From assembly GCA_964540635.1 (NCBI GenBank), contig CAZINP010000001.1:93364-157363 (forward strand): a stretch of DNA of 64,000 nt. Reading direction: 5' to 3'. Source of the DNA: an uncultured Gammaproteobacteria bacterium (GTDB lineage Bacteria > Patescibacteriota > Patescibacteriia > Buchananbacterales > UBA6539). The notes beneath the pieces are model-generated. The model was given only the letters and a program-made list of their open reading frames with translations. It did no database searches and was not told where the DNA came from. This document shows, piece by piece, positions 55,659 through 64,000 of this stretch; position 1 is the first letter of the stretch, and each line of letters begins with the position of its first letter. The position numbers and the translations under genes were made by a program.

Positions 55659-56525
55659 TTAAATTATTTTTTTTAAATATTTTTTGAATTCATCTTTTAT
55701 GTCTTTGTCCTTAAGGCCGAATTCAACATTGGCTTTAAGCCAGCCAAATTTATTGCCCAGATCATAAACTTCGCCTTCAACAACTTTGGCATAAATTGGG
55801 CGCTTTTTAAGTAAATTGGCAATAGCATCAACCAGCCAGAGTTCGTTGTCTTTGCCTAATTTGGTATTCTCCAAAGCCTCAAAAATATCAGGAGTTAAAA
55901 TGTAACCGCCCAACGAACCAAGACGACTCTTAGTTTTTTCCGGACCGGGTTTTTCTACAATTGATTTTGATTGATAAACGCCGGGTTCAACCTCAATACC
56001 TTCAATGACCGCATATTTTTTAGTTCCTTCGTCATCAATTTCTCTGGCCGTGATCACGGGGTCGCCGTATTTTTCAAAAGTATCAATTAATTGGCGAATG
56101 TGAGGTTTTTTTCCGCAATTCCAAATATCATCTCCCCAAACAACGGCAAATGGTTCATTGCCAATGATTTGTTTGGCATTGAGGATTGGGGTACCGTTGC
56201 CGTAGGGTCCTTTTTGACGAATATAAATAAAGTTGGCCAGTTCCGCCACTTCTTTGATTGATTCGCACTGTTTGGTTTTTCCGGCCTTGGTTAAATAATT
56301 TTCTAAATATTCATTGCGATCAAAATGATCTTCTATTGCTCGTTTGGTTGAACCGGTAACTAAAATAACGTCAGTAATTCCGGCCTTGGTTGCTTCTTCA
56401 ACTATGTATTGAATGATCGGTTTATCTAAAACCGGCAGCATTTCTTTAGGTTGAGCTTTTGTCGCCGGTAAAAAACGTGTACCTAAGCCGGCAACAGGGA
56501 TGACAATTTTACGAATTTTGGCCAT
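55659..56525 (-). CDS. galU: UTP--glucose-1-phosphate uridylyltransferase
   Basis: VIPVAGLGTRFLPATKAQPKEMLP, VEKP. Confidence 0.95.
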   Translation of the reverse strand: MAKIRKIVIPVAGLGTRFLPATKAQPKEMLPVLDKPIIQYIVEEATKAGITDVILVTGSTKRAIEDHFDRNEYLENYLTKAGKTKQCESIKEVAELANFIYIRQKGPYGNGTPILNAKQIIGNEPFAVVWGDDIWNCGKKPHIRQLIDTFEKYGDPVITAREIDDEGTKKYAVIEGIEVEPGVYQSKSIVEKPGPEKTKSRLGSLGGYILTPDIFEALENTKLGKDNELWLVDAIANLLKKRPIYAKVVEGEVYDLGNKFGWLKANVEFGLKDKDIKDEFKKYLKKII

Positions 56526-56694
56526 ATTGGATTTGCTTATGAGATTAAGAGGAGGTTTGAGTTGTTAAATTATTATCTTTTATCCTTAATTTTATTGTCT
56601 CAAGCATTTAAATTATAACAAAAAACCTTCAATTTGTAAAAAACGTTTAAATATGATAAGTTGTAGCTGTTCGTGCCTGCATCCCGTATAAATC

Positions 56695-56779
56695 GGAGGG
56701 GTGGCCGAGTGGTTGAAGGCGACGGTCTCGAACACCGTTTGGGCGCAAGTCCTCGCAGGTTCGAATCCTGTCCCCTCCG
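56695..56779 (+). tRNA. tRNA-Ser (anticodon CGA), CCA not encoded
   Basis: GGAGGGG/CCCCTCC acceptor, D arm GGCCGAGTGGTTGAAGGC, ACGGT-CTCGAAC-ACCGT, long variable arm, GGTTCGAATCC, discriminator G. Confidence 0.95.
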
Positions 56780-56790
56780 ATTTATACGGG

Positions 56791-56816
56791 AAAACCGGTT
56801 TAAGGCCGGTTTTTTT
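56791..56816 (+). terminator. tRNA terminator
   Basis: AAAACCGGTT-taa-GGCCGGTTTTTTT. Confidence 0.7.
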
Positions 56817-56874
56817 AAATTGTTTTTTATTGGTTTTTTTGTTATATTTATTTAAGTTAATAATTAAAAAATAT

Positions 56875-57381
56875 ATGAAAAAACTCTCTACCATTTTTTT
56901 GATTCTGCTTTTGTCGGTATTTTTTGCCGGTTGTTCCAAAGAGAAGGAAAAAGCAAAGGAATCTTTTGGCAGCCAAGATCTTAATTGTCAGGCGGTTTGC
57001 GCCAAAGCTTCATCGCTTTGCCCGACGATTATGCCCAATGAATTTTGTCTGCAGGCTTGCCCTTTTTGGAGCGATGAACAAAAGCAACAATTCAGTCAGA
57101 CCAAAAATTGTCAGGAAATGGCCGGCCTTGATGGTGATGAGGCAGAATCATCAAACCAAGAACAGGAAGATAATACTCAGGCTGACCAGAGTGATTGCGA
57201 ATTAGCTTGCTCTAATTATGCCCTTAAGTGCCTTTCTTCGTCTGAAGATACAAGTCAGGCGGCTTATAATCAAAAATTCTTTTCTTGCATCCAAGACTGT
57301 TCTGGCTGGAAAACAAGCAAGGCCGAGTGCGTGATCAATGCTTTGGACTGTTCTTCCATTACCAATGATTGTGATTTATAA
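56875..57381 (+). CDS. Cys-rich lipoprotein with duplicated CxxxC...C...CxxxC modules
   Basis: Start MKKLST at 56875, lipobox FAGC; two Cys modules separated by acidic linker. Confidence 0.75.
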   Translation: MKKLSTIFLILLLSVFFAGCSKEKEKAKESFGSQDLNCQAVCAKASSLCPTIMPNEFCLQACPFWSDEQKQQFSQTKNCQEMAGLDGDEAESSNQEQEDNTQADQSDCELACSNYALKCLSSSEDTSQAAYNQKFFSCIQDCSGWKTSKAECVINALDCSSITNDCDL

Positions 57382-57387
57382 AAAAAT

Positions 57388-58356
57388 ATGAAAAAAGAAT
57401 TGATAATTGGTCTTGGCGCTATTGCGGCCGTCGGGGTGGTTGCTGCCGGCGTTTATTTGAGTAAGGATGAGATTTCCGGGCTTGGCATTGAGCCGCCAAA
57501 GGAGGGGGAATATCAAGAAAAGATTGACGATTTGTATTTTGATGAATTAAAAAATCCGGAACGTTACATTTTTTGCGTAGCGAAAGAAAAAATTTCTGGC
57601 ACTTATTCAAACCAGATTATGGCCGACGAAGAAGGTGAATTAAATTATACTTCCGAGGGCGTTGAAGTTTTTGACAAACAAGACAATAAAATTTATATAC
57701 TGTCACGAGAAATTGTTTATAAATACCAAGGTCAAGCCGTGTCGGAAAATGCAATCGGTTCCGGTTTGATTGAAATTGAAGAAAGTGGCCGCTTGGTTGA
57801 GTATTATAAAAAAAACGATGCACCTATCAGGCTTGATTATAATTCAAATATTTTGTTCCCCGCGCCTGAAAGAAAAACCAAAGATTGGGTCTATGTTAAC
57901 TCGGTTTTAACCGGCACTGCCATGGGCTTGACCCAGAAAACTACCGAAACTAGCAAAGAGGACGCAAAAACTTTTTGCCAACCATTTGGTCTGGGTGGCT
58001 CAGCCTCAAACAAGGGTGCTGTGATTGCGCCCGATTCTTTTTATTTTAGTAAGGATTGCACAACTCCAACCGTTACTCCTGGCGTAAGTTTTTACGGCAA
58101 TTTTGATTATGTCTGCGACAATCTTGATTACCTTAAGGCCGTTGATTTATTGAAGTATTATCGGGATTTGGAAGATTTAAATAAAAATAAACTTGAAAAT
58201 GTTTACGAAACCGAGCCGATTGAAGCAGAAACCGCTTCCCAAAAAATTAAAGAGGACGGTATCAGGGCAAACGATGATGATCTGGAAAAAATTCCAAACG
58301 CCGAAGAATTAAACAAATTGCTGGAAGAAGCTAAGGCAAACGCATCCGCCAACTAG
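57388..58356 (+). CDS. Hypothetical membrane-anchored protein
   Basis: N-terminal TM, acidic soluble domain. Confidence 0.7.
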   Translation: MKKELIIGLGAIAAVGVVAAGVYLSKDEISGLGIEPPKEGEYQEKIDDLYFDELKNPERYIFCVAKEKISGTYSNQIMADEEGELNYTSEGVEVFDKQDNKIYILSREIVYKYQGQAVSENAIGSGLIEIEESGRLVEYYKKNDAPIRLDYNSNILFPAPERKTKDWVYVNSVLTGTAMGLTQKTTETSKEDAKTFCQPFGLGGSASNKGAVIAPDSFYFSKDCTTPTVTPGVSFYGNFDYVCDNLDYLKAVDLLKYYRDLEDLNKNKLENVYETEPIEAETASQKIKEDGIRANDDDLEKIPNAEELNKLLEEAKANASAN

Positions 58357-58559
58357 TCTCGTGAAATGTTTCAAAAAATCACAAATATTTTTCACTTTTA
58401 ACGTTTTTAAGGGATTAAAAAAAATATTTTGGAGGTTGGCATTTTGAGATGGTTGCTGCTTTGAGGGCTTAATTTTTTGCCTTGATTTTTTGGTCAGTAT
58501 ACCATTTGGTTTGACATTATTCTTTAGAGAAAAACATTTAACAAACTTTAAAAATAATT

Positions 58560-58934
58560 ATGATTAATAAATTTTTTTTATTTTTGATTGTTATTACAAC
58601 CTTTTCTTTAAGTGGTTGTTTGAATCAAAAAAATGAAACATCTAAGCAACCGGCCGATAATTTTCGGGATAGTAATCAGGAATTATTAAAAAATTATGAT
58701 TTTTCTGAGATTACCAAGCACGATTCCAAAGATGATTGCTGGCTTTTAATTGAAAATAAAGTTTATAATGTAACCGATTATGTAAATTCTCACCCCGGTG
58801 GCCAGGCGATAGTTCAAGGTTGCGGCAAAGATTCAACCGAACTTTATAATTCTCGTCCAATGGGTTCGGGCACGTCCCACTCCGATAGTGCCAAGCAGCA
58901 ATTAGAAAAATATTATATTGGAAATTTAAAATAA
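58560..58934 (+). CDS. Cytochrome b5-like heme-binding lipoprotein
   Basis: Lipobox LSGC; KHDSKDDCW...KVYNVT.Y..SHPGG...CGKDST...HS..A. Confidence 0.9.
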   Translation: MINKFFLFLIVITTFSLSGCLNQKNETSKQPADNFRDSNQELLKNYDFSEITKHDSKDDCWLLIENKVYNVTDYVNSHPGGQAIVQGCGKDSTELYNSRPMGSGTSHSDSAKQQLEKYYIGNLK

Positions 58935-58935
58935 T

Positions 58936-59385
58936 ATGGATAAGCCGCCTCGAGATTCCGCCAGGGCAATTGTTATTAGAGACGGTTTTATTTTGTTAAT
59001 TTACAGATTAAAAAATGGCAAGGAATATTTTGTTTTGCCGGGGGGTGGAATAGAAATGAATGAAACCTCCGAACAAGCAGTTTTACGCGAAGTAAAAGAA
59101 GAAGCCGGCATTACAATTAAACCCGAGAAATTAATTTATGAATTGATTGAAAGCAGTGGAGCCAAACAAGATTTTTGGCTTTGTTTTTATATTGAGGGAG
59201 AACCGAATTTAAGCCAAGACAGTATTGAAAAACAAATTGAGTCGGAAGTTAATGTCTATAGACCGCAATGGTTTGATTTGAAAAAGATTAATGAAATAAT
59301 TTTATTGCCGCCATTAATTAAGGAGGCCCTGGTTTGCGATATTAAGGCCGGTAAATTTGTTTATAAAAAAATTCTTGAAAAATAA
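58936..59385 (+). CDS. NUDIX hydrolase
   Basis: LPGGGIEMNETSEQAVLREVKEEAGI. Confidence 0.9.
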   Translation: MDKPPRDSARAIVIRDGFILLIYRLKNGKEYFVLPGGGIEMNETSEQAVLREVKEEAGITIKPEKLIYELIESSGAKQDFWLCFYIEGEPNLSQDSIEKQIESEVNVYRPQWFDLKKINEIILLPPLIKEALVCDIKAGKFVYKKILEK

Positions 59386-59837
59386 TGAAAAAGTTTTTTT
59401 TAAAAAACCGGAAATTATTTTTTCTTTTAGCAATCATATTTGGAATAATATTTTTTGCGTTGATTTTTAAAGAGTTGCAATATTATCGTCAGGTTACCGT
59501 CGGCTCAACTCAAATTAAAGTAAGACTGGCCCTAACGCCAAATCAACAAGTCAACGGCCTTAGTCGGCAAAAAAATTTTGGCAATGTTCAGGGGGTGCTT
59601 TTTGTTTATAGTCAGCCCGCGAGACCAACCTTTTGGATGAAGGAAATGAATTTTCCAATTGATTTAATTTGGATTGGCAATAAACGGGTGATTGGTTTGG
59701 AAAAAAATCTTTTGCCGGAAGGAAAAAATCCTCAAAATTTATATTCGTCGCCGGGCGAGATTGATTATGTTCTGGAGGTTCCGGCCGGGTTTATTGAGAA
59801 AAACAATATCAAAATTGGAGACGGATTTATTTGGTAA
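59385..59837 (+). CDS. DUF192 family protein
   Basis: GLS, G.LFVY, FWMKEMNFPIDLIWI, YVLEVPAG. Confidence 0.9.
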   Translation: MKKFFLKNRKLFFLLAIIFGIIFFALIFKELQYYRQVTVGSTQIKVRLALTPNQQVNGLSRQKNFGNVQGVLFVYSQPARPTFWMKEMNFPIDLIWIGNKRVIGLEKNLLPEGKNPQNLYSSPGEIDYVLEVPAGFIEKNNIKIGDGFIW

Positions 59838-59873
59838 AGCCTCGCTAAATTTATTAATTTTTTACAATATTTT

Positions 59874-60737
59874 ATGGGCATAGGGTTTGCCTTTTTAGCG
59901 CTTTTATCTTGGGGGGTTGGCGATTTCTTAATACAGAGAAGTACGAGGCAGCTTGGCGATTTGGCGGCCTTGTTTTACGTCACGGTTTTTGGGAGTATAA
60001 TGTTTCTCCCATTTGTTTTTTCTGATTTTTTAGAGCTTATTAAAAACTCACCCCAAGATTTGGGCATTCTTTTTTTAACCGCCGTTATCATAATGGTGGC
60101 GGCAATTTTTGACTTTAAGGCTTTGCGTTTAGGTAAAATTTCGGTAGTTGAACCGGTTTTTGCTTTTGAGGTTCCGATTACGGTTATTTTAGGAATGGTT
60201 TTTATCAATGAGTTTTTAACCTCGACGCAACTTTTTTTGATTTTCTTTTTGGTTTTAGGAATAGTTTTGATTGCCGTTAAGAAATTTTCAGATTTTAAAA
60301 ATATCCGTCTTGAAGCGGGTGTTTGGTTGGCGCTAGCCGCGACTTGTGGCATGGGCGTAGTTAATTTTTTGTTTGGGCTCAGCGCTCGGGAAACCAGCCC
60401 ATTAATGATTAATTGGTTTATTAATATTTTTATCGCTTTTGTTCTGTTGTGCCATTTTGTTTTTTCCAAAAAAATAAAAGAAACAATAAATTTGTGGCGA
60501 AGTCATAGGAGTTTAATTATTTCTGTTTCAATTATAGATAATTTTGCCTGGTTATTTTTTGCGGCCGCCACCACCTTCATTCCCATTGCCATTGCTACCG
60601 GTTTTTCGGAAAGTTATATTGCCTTAGCCGCCGGTTTGGGTTTGGTTTTTAATAAAGAGAAGCTAAAATTGCATCAGTGGGTCGGTTTGGTGGTGGTAAT
60701 TTTAGCGGTTACGTTTTTAGCATTTGTCACCAAATAA
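59874..60737 (+). CDS. DMT/EamA family transporter
   Basis: About 10 TMs in two repeats; ALLSWGVGDF, KALRLGKISVVEP. Confidence 0.85.
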   Translation: MGIGFAFLALLSWGVGDFLIQRSTRQLGDLAALFYVTVFGSIMFLPFVFSDFLELIKNSPQDLGILFLTAVIIMVAAIFDFKALRLGKISVVEPVFAFEVPITVILGMVFINEFLTSTQLFLIFFLVLGIVLIAVKKFSDFKNIRLEAGVWLALAATCGMGVVNFLFGLSARETSPLMINWFINIFIAFVLLCHFVFSKKIKETINLWRSHRSLIISVSIIDNFAWLFFAAATTFIPIAIATGFSESYIALAAGLGLVFNKEKLKLHQWVGLVVVILAVTFLAFVTK

Positions 60738-60776
60738 TTTTTCCAATTCACTTAAAAGTGCTATTCTTAATTTAAT

Positions 60777-61445
60777 ATGTCAAAGAAAATATTTCTATTC
60801 TTATTTTTTCTTTTCTTACCCTTGTTTGTTTTTGCCCATCAGCCGAGACTGGCTTCCGGAGTGGAGATGCAGGTTATCCAGGAGCCGGAAATATCAAAGG
60901 CTTATTATGGAGTTTTACGGGGCCAGCCGGAGTATTATCAAATTCAGTCTGATTTAGATTTTAAATTTTATATTAATATTTTGGTGCCGGATTTGCCGGA
61001 AAGTCATCGCGATTTTAAAGTTGAAGTTTATAATGAAGATTATTCGCAATTGCCTTTTTTAATTTTGGATGGTCAAAGCTTTATTTGGCAAAAATACTAC
61101 GAAGAATATGCGGGCGACACATACTTAAAAGGACCGGAAGATAAGCAAGATCTGGGTCCGGGAACATATACGATAAAAGTTTTCTCTGAAAATAACGAGG
61201 GCAAATATGTTTTAGTGGTTGGTGAAAAAGAAGTGTTTGGTTTAGCTCAGGTTTGGGAAATGGTTACGGTTTTGCCGATTATTAAAATGAATTTTTTTAA
61301 TAAATCGCCGTTTATGCTTTTGTATTCGGTTTTTGGGGAGTATTTAATATTTGGATTTTTAGGCCTTTTTGTTTTTGTATTTTTTATTTCATATATAATT
61401 CGTCTTTGGGAGAAGAAAGAATTAAAAAGAAGAAAAAGGCGTTAG
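60777..61445 (+). CDS. Hypothetical exported protein with C-terminal TM anchor
   Basis: Signal peptide AHQPR, PEISKAYYG, GKYVLVVGEKE.F. Confidence 0.7.
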   Translation: MSKKIFLFLFFLFLPLFVFAHQPRLASGVEMQVIQEPEISKAYYGVLRGQPEYYQIQSDLDFKFYINILVPDLPESHRDFKVEVYNEDYSQLPFLILDGQSFIWQKYYEEYAGDTYLKGPEDKQDLGPGTYTIKVFSENNEGKYVLVVGEKEVFGLAQVWEMVTVLPIIKMNFFNKSPFMLLYSVFGEYLIFGFLGLFVFVFFISYIIRLWEKKELKRRKRR

Positions 61446-61466
61446 CAATTTTTTAGGTAAAAGGAA

Positions 61467-61503
61467 AGCGGCTCCGATATCCGATCGGAGCCGCTGATTT
61501 TTT
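61467..61503. terminator. Hairpin between convergent genes
   Basis: AGCGGCTCCGAT-atccg-ATCGGAGCCGCT then GA and T run. Confidence 0.7.
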
Positions 61504-61518
61504 ACGCGTTGCGCCCGG

Positions 61519-62190
61519 CTAGAAGCCGATGAGCTGGGCGGCCAAGAGCCGCGCCACGGCAAAGCCGGTGAACTGATCACCAAGCCGTGTGGCTTGTCGC
61601 CAGGGCACGAACCGGCAGCCGTAGATCAACTCGGCCATTTTACTGACCGGTTTGACCAGCCCTTCGCGAAACTTGAGAAGGCCATCTTCGGCCGGCTCAA
61701 GCTGAATGGGCAATACTTCCATGGCGTAGTACTTTACGCCTTCACCCATCTGCGCGGTGTCAAAGAAGGCGGAGTTGGAGTTGCCCGCCTCACCGTCCAA
61801 CGCTTTCATGCGTTTGTCCGGGGACAGCCATCCGATCTCTTCTTCCAGTTCCCGCACGGCCGCCTCAAAGTTGTGCTCGCCTGGATCCATAAATCCTCGA
61901 GGCACGTTCCAGACCTTGCCGGCACTCTGCAGGGGGCGGTTCTGCTGGACCAGGCCAACCATCAGCTTGCCTTCAACGACGGAAAACGGGATGGTGACCA
62001 CGCCACCACCGCCGAGTTCGTGGAAGCACCAGGCGTCCCAACCGCCAGGGGTGAGTCCGTAAAGGAGCTCGCCAAACTTGGGGTTGTACAGGCGAAGCAG
62101 AGAAACTTTCTCCACTTTCTTACCGTTTACTTCCAGGCTCCACCCGCGGCTTGCCTGCTGTTCAGCAGGGATTTCTGTAATATAATTCAT
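61519..62190 (-). CDS. GC-rich NUDIX hydrolase (ADP-ribose pyrophosphatase-like layout)
   Basis: VPRGFMDPGEHNFEAAVRELEEEIG; GAGGAG RBS; promoter TTGACA(62374)-17-TAATAT. Confidence 0.85.
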   Translation of the reverse strand: MNYITEIPAEQQASRGWSLEVNGKKVEKVSLLRLYNPKFGELLYGLTPGGWDAWCFHELGGGGVVTIPFSVVEGKLMVGLVQQNRPLQSAGKVWNVPRGFMDPGEHNFEAAVRELEEEIGWLSPDKRMKALDGEAGNSNSAFFDTAQMGEGVKYYAMEVLPIQLEPAEDGLLKFREGLVKPVSKMAELIYGCRFVPWRQATRLGDQFTGFAVARLLAAQLIGF

Positions 62191-62376
62191 TCGCTATACT
62201 CCTTCTTTACCACTTACTTGTGGCAAATAGAAGCCAAAGCAACCGCTTGTCATCCGAGCCAGGCTCAAGACTATTTGCCGAACTTATTCCGGCAAAAGCT
62301 AAATTGCTACAAAAGAACTAAAAAAAGCTTAAAGATAAGCTTTATATATTAGCATAAATTTTAAGTTTTGTCAACC

Positions 62377-63327
62377 TTAAGTCCTTTTTGTTAAATACTG
62401 ATATTTTTCCCTGGCTGCTTGGGCTTTGCCTTGGTTTCTATTGGCTTTTACCTTATCACCCATCTCTTCATAAATTTCAGCAAAAGCGTCTAAGGACATC
62501 ACTTCCAGGTTTGGAATTTTTTTGAGCAAGGCGTAGTTGTGTGCCGCTTTAATTAATTCAAGGGCCATATCCAAATGATCTTTTCTTTCTGATTCTTGCT
62601 TGGTTTGTCTTTGGCGTCTTGCCAGCTCAATGTGAGCCAAGGCCTCGTCAATGCGTGCTCTCATGGCGTCGTAATTATGATCAAGCGCTTCCATGCTGGA
62701 AGCTACCTCTTCAAAACCTTTGATTTTATCTTTAGGCTTTAGGTTTTTAGAAAAGGTTAGGCCGTATTTGATTTTTTCGGCCAGAACGCTATCGCCGGTA
62801 CGGTTGGCGGTTTCCAGGGCTTGGCGATTGTAATCAAGGGCTTTTTGCGGATCTTTTTCTTGACTGGCTTTCCAGCTGGCAATATTATGCAAAACGGTTG
62901 CAATGATGGATTTATCGTCAATTTTTTCTTCATTGTCAAAAATGATGGTTGCCAAGCGATTAAGCAGTGTCTTATCGCGACGCTGAAAAGCTAAATCCAG
63001 GTATTCAACCAAAATTTGCTCTGGCAAATCGTATTCATGAATAAAATCAATTACTTCACTGCCACGGCAGTGATAAATGTTTGTCGGACCGAATTTTTCT
63101 CTAAACAATGAATCAAAGCCTTTTTCTAACAAATCATAGTTTAAATTTTTTTCACCGCGTCGTTGAATTAAGCTTCTTAAATTTTTGGGGTCCTGTAAAA
63201 TTTTTTGAACTTGATTTGTATCTTTTGAGCCTAAAGCGCCTTCTAGGGACTCAACAACCTCCAGAGTTTGCTCCGGTTTTTCGTGGATTTGCCAGTTAAT
63301 TGTCTCTTTGTTTCTATCATTTTCCAT
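62377..63327 (-). CDS. Helical-repeat (TPR-like) hypothetical protein
   Basis: ATVLHNIA...KALDYNRQALE and similar helices. Confidence 0.6.
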   Translation of the reverse strand: MENDRNKETINWQIHEKPEQTLEVVESLEGALGSKDTNQVQKILQDPKNLRSLIQRRGEKNLNYDLLEKGFDSLFREKFGPTNIYHCRGSEVIDFIHEYDLPEQILVEYLDLAFQRRDKTLLNRLATIIFDNEEKIDDKSIIATVLHNIASWKASQEKDPQKALDYNRQALETANRTGDSVLAEKIKYGLTFSKNLKPKDKIKGFEEVASSMEALDHNYDAMRARIDEALAHIELARRQRQTKQESERKDHLDMALELIKAAHNYALLKKIPNLEVMSLDAFAEIYEEMGDKVKANRNQGKAQAAREKYQYLTKRT

Positions 63328-63428
63328 GGCTTAATCCTAACAAAAAAGTTAAAAATAAACAATGTTTAGTATTTACCGATCTTAGAAATTGTAATAGAAT
63401 AAAAACGAATAAATATTAACTATAATTT

Positions 63429-63983
63429 ATGTTTGCCAAGGTAAAAGTTTTAGTTGCGGGCTGTTTAGCTTCCGAGTCCGACGGCCGCACCTGCCCGACA
63501 GTGACCTTAGTTCAGGATAAAAATTTGAATATTGTAGTTGATCCGGGGACGGTTTCTGATTTTAATTTAATCACTAAATCTTTAGCCGAAAATGGCTTGG
63601 AATTAAACGATATTAATTTGGTTTTTTTGACCCATTGCCACTTTGATCATTTTTATAATGTTTCAGCATTTAAAAGTGCCGAAGTGTTTGACTTTTGGGG
63701 AATTTGGAAAAATAATTTAATTAGGGAGAACCCCGGTCAGTTAAGTGAAAACATCTCTGTTATTAATACACCGGGCCACAGCTATGATTCGCAAACAATG
63801 TTGGTTAAAACCGAGGAAGGACTGGTGGCAATTTGCGGTGATGTTTACTGGAAGGAAAATTGGCCGGTTATTGACGAGTATGCTTCAAAATTAAATCAGT
63901 TGGCCGAAAGCCGAGATAAAATTTTGAAAGTGGCTGACTTTATTGTCCCCGGTCATGGTTTAATGTATAAAGTGAAAAAATAA
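63429..63983 (+). CDS. Metallo-beta-lactamase fold hydrolase
   Basis: THCHFDH, TPGHS, ICGD, VPGHG. Confidence 0.92.
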   Translation: MFAKVKVLVAGCLASESDGRTCPTVTLVQDKNLNIVVDPGTVSDFNLITKSLAENGLELNDINLVFLTHCHFDHFYNVSAFKSAEVFDFWGIWKNNLIRENPGQLSENISVINTPGHSYDSQTMLVKTEEGLVAICGDVYWKENWPVIDEYASKLNQLAESRDKILKVADFIVPGHGLMYKVKK

Positions 63984-64000
63984 TATGAGTGAACCCGAAA

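Noticed and set aside
56613-56939. ORFs overlapping 56695-56779, including the extension of 56701..57381
   Set aside because: They overlap a clear tRNA-Ser
58357-58559. Possible decayed membrane-protein gene
   Set aside because: Stops in all frames inspected and no recognisable motif
61594-62352. 252-aa + strand ORF
   Set aside because: Antisense shadow of the GC-rich NUDIX gene, which has the motif, RBS and promoter
1-64000. Alternative genetic code (TGA recoded, as in some CPR lineages)
   Set aside because: TGA terminates intact genes (e.g. 792, 18765, 41851) and conserved ORFs are uninterrupted under code 11

Overview
AT-rich bacterial chromosome window spanning the replication origin (yidC-yidD-rnpA-rpmH <- -> dnaA-oriC-dnaN). 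Gene content and order (nusA-tig adjacency, dnaN not followed by recF/gyrB, PRC-barrel gene after yidC, a long TrbC/VirB2-like pilin array, mostly SD-less start codons, TGA read as stop) suggest a Patescibacteria/CPR (Parcubacteria-like) organism; this is an inference. The main non-housekeeping features are: (1) an integron-type cassette array with no integrase in the window, downstream of tig (about 4.3-11.1 kb), with three intact attC sites, cassettes bounded by 21-24 bp terminal inverted repeats, a candidate defence nuclease cassette, an inverted self-transcribed cassette, and a 128-bp duplication of the tig 3' end plus terminator and promoter; (2) an HTH-Doc toxin-antitoxin pair with a symmetric 4-box operator; (3) a candidate ~190-nt structured ncRNA with repeated anti-SD-like loops; (4) a polyprenol-linked (GT2 + GT-C) glycosylation locus abutting ten pilin-like paralogues, whose likely major pilin has a consensus promoter embedded in a perfect 17-bp inverted repeat; (5) several stand-alone genes carrying their own promoter/RBS/terminator. 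One tRNA-Ser(CGA) is present. Three coding features missing from the ORF track were added (rnhB 3' end, ferredoxin, rpmH). All family calls are by eye from motifs; no searches were run.
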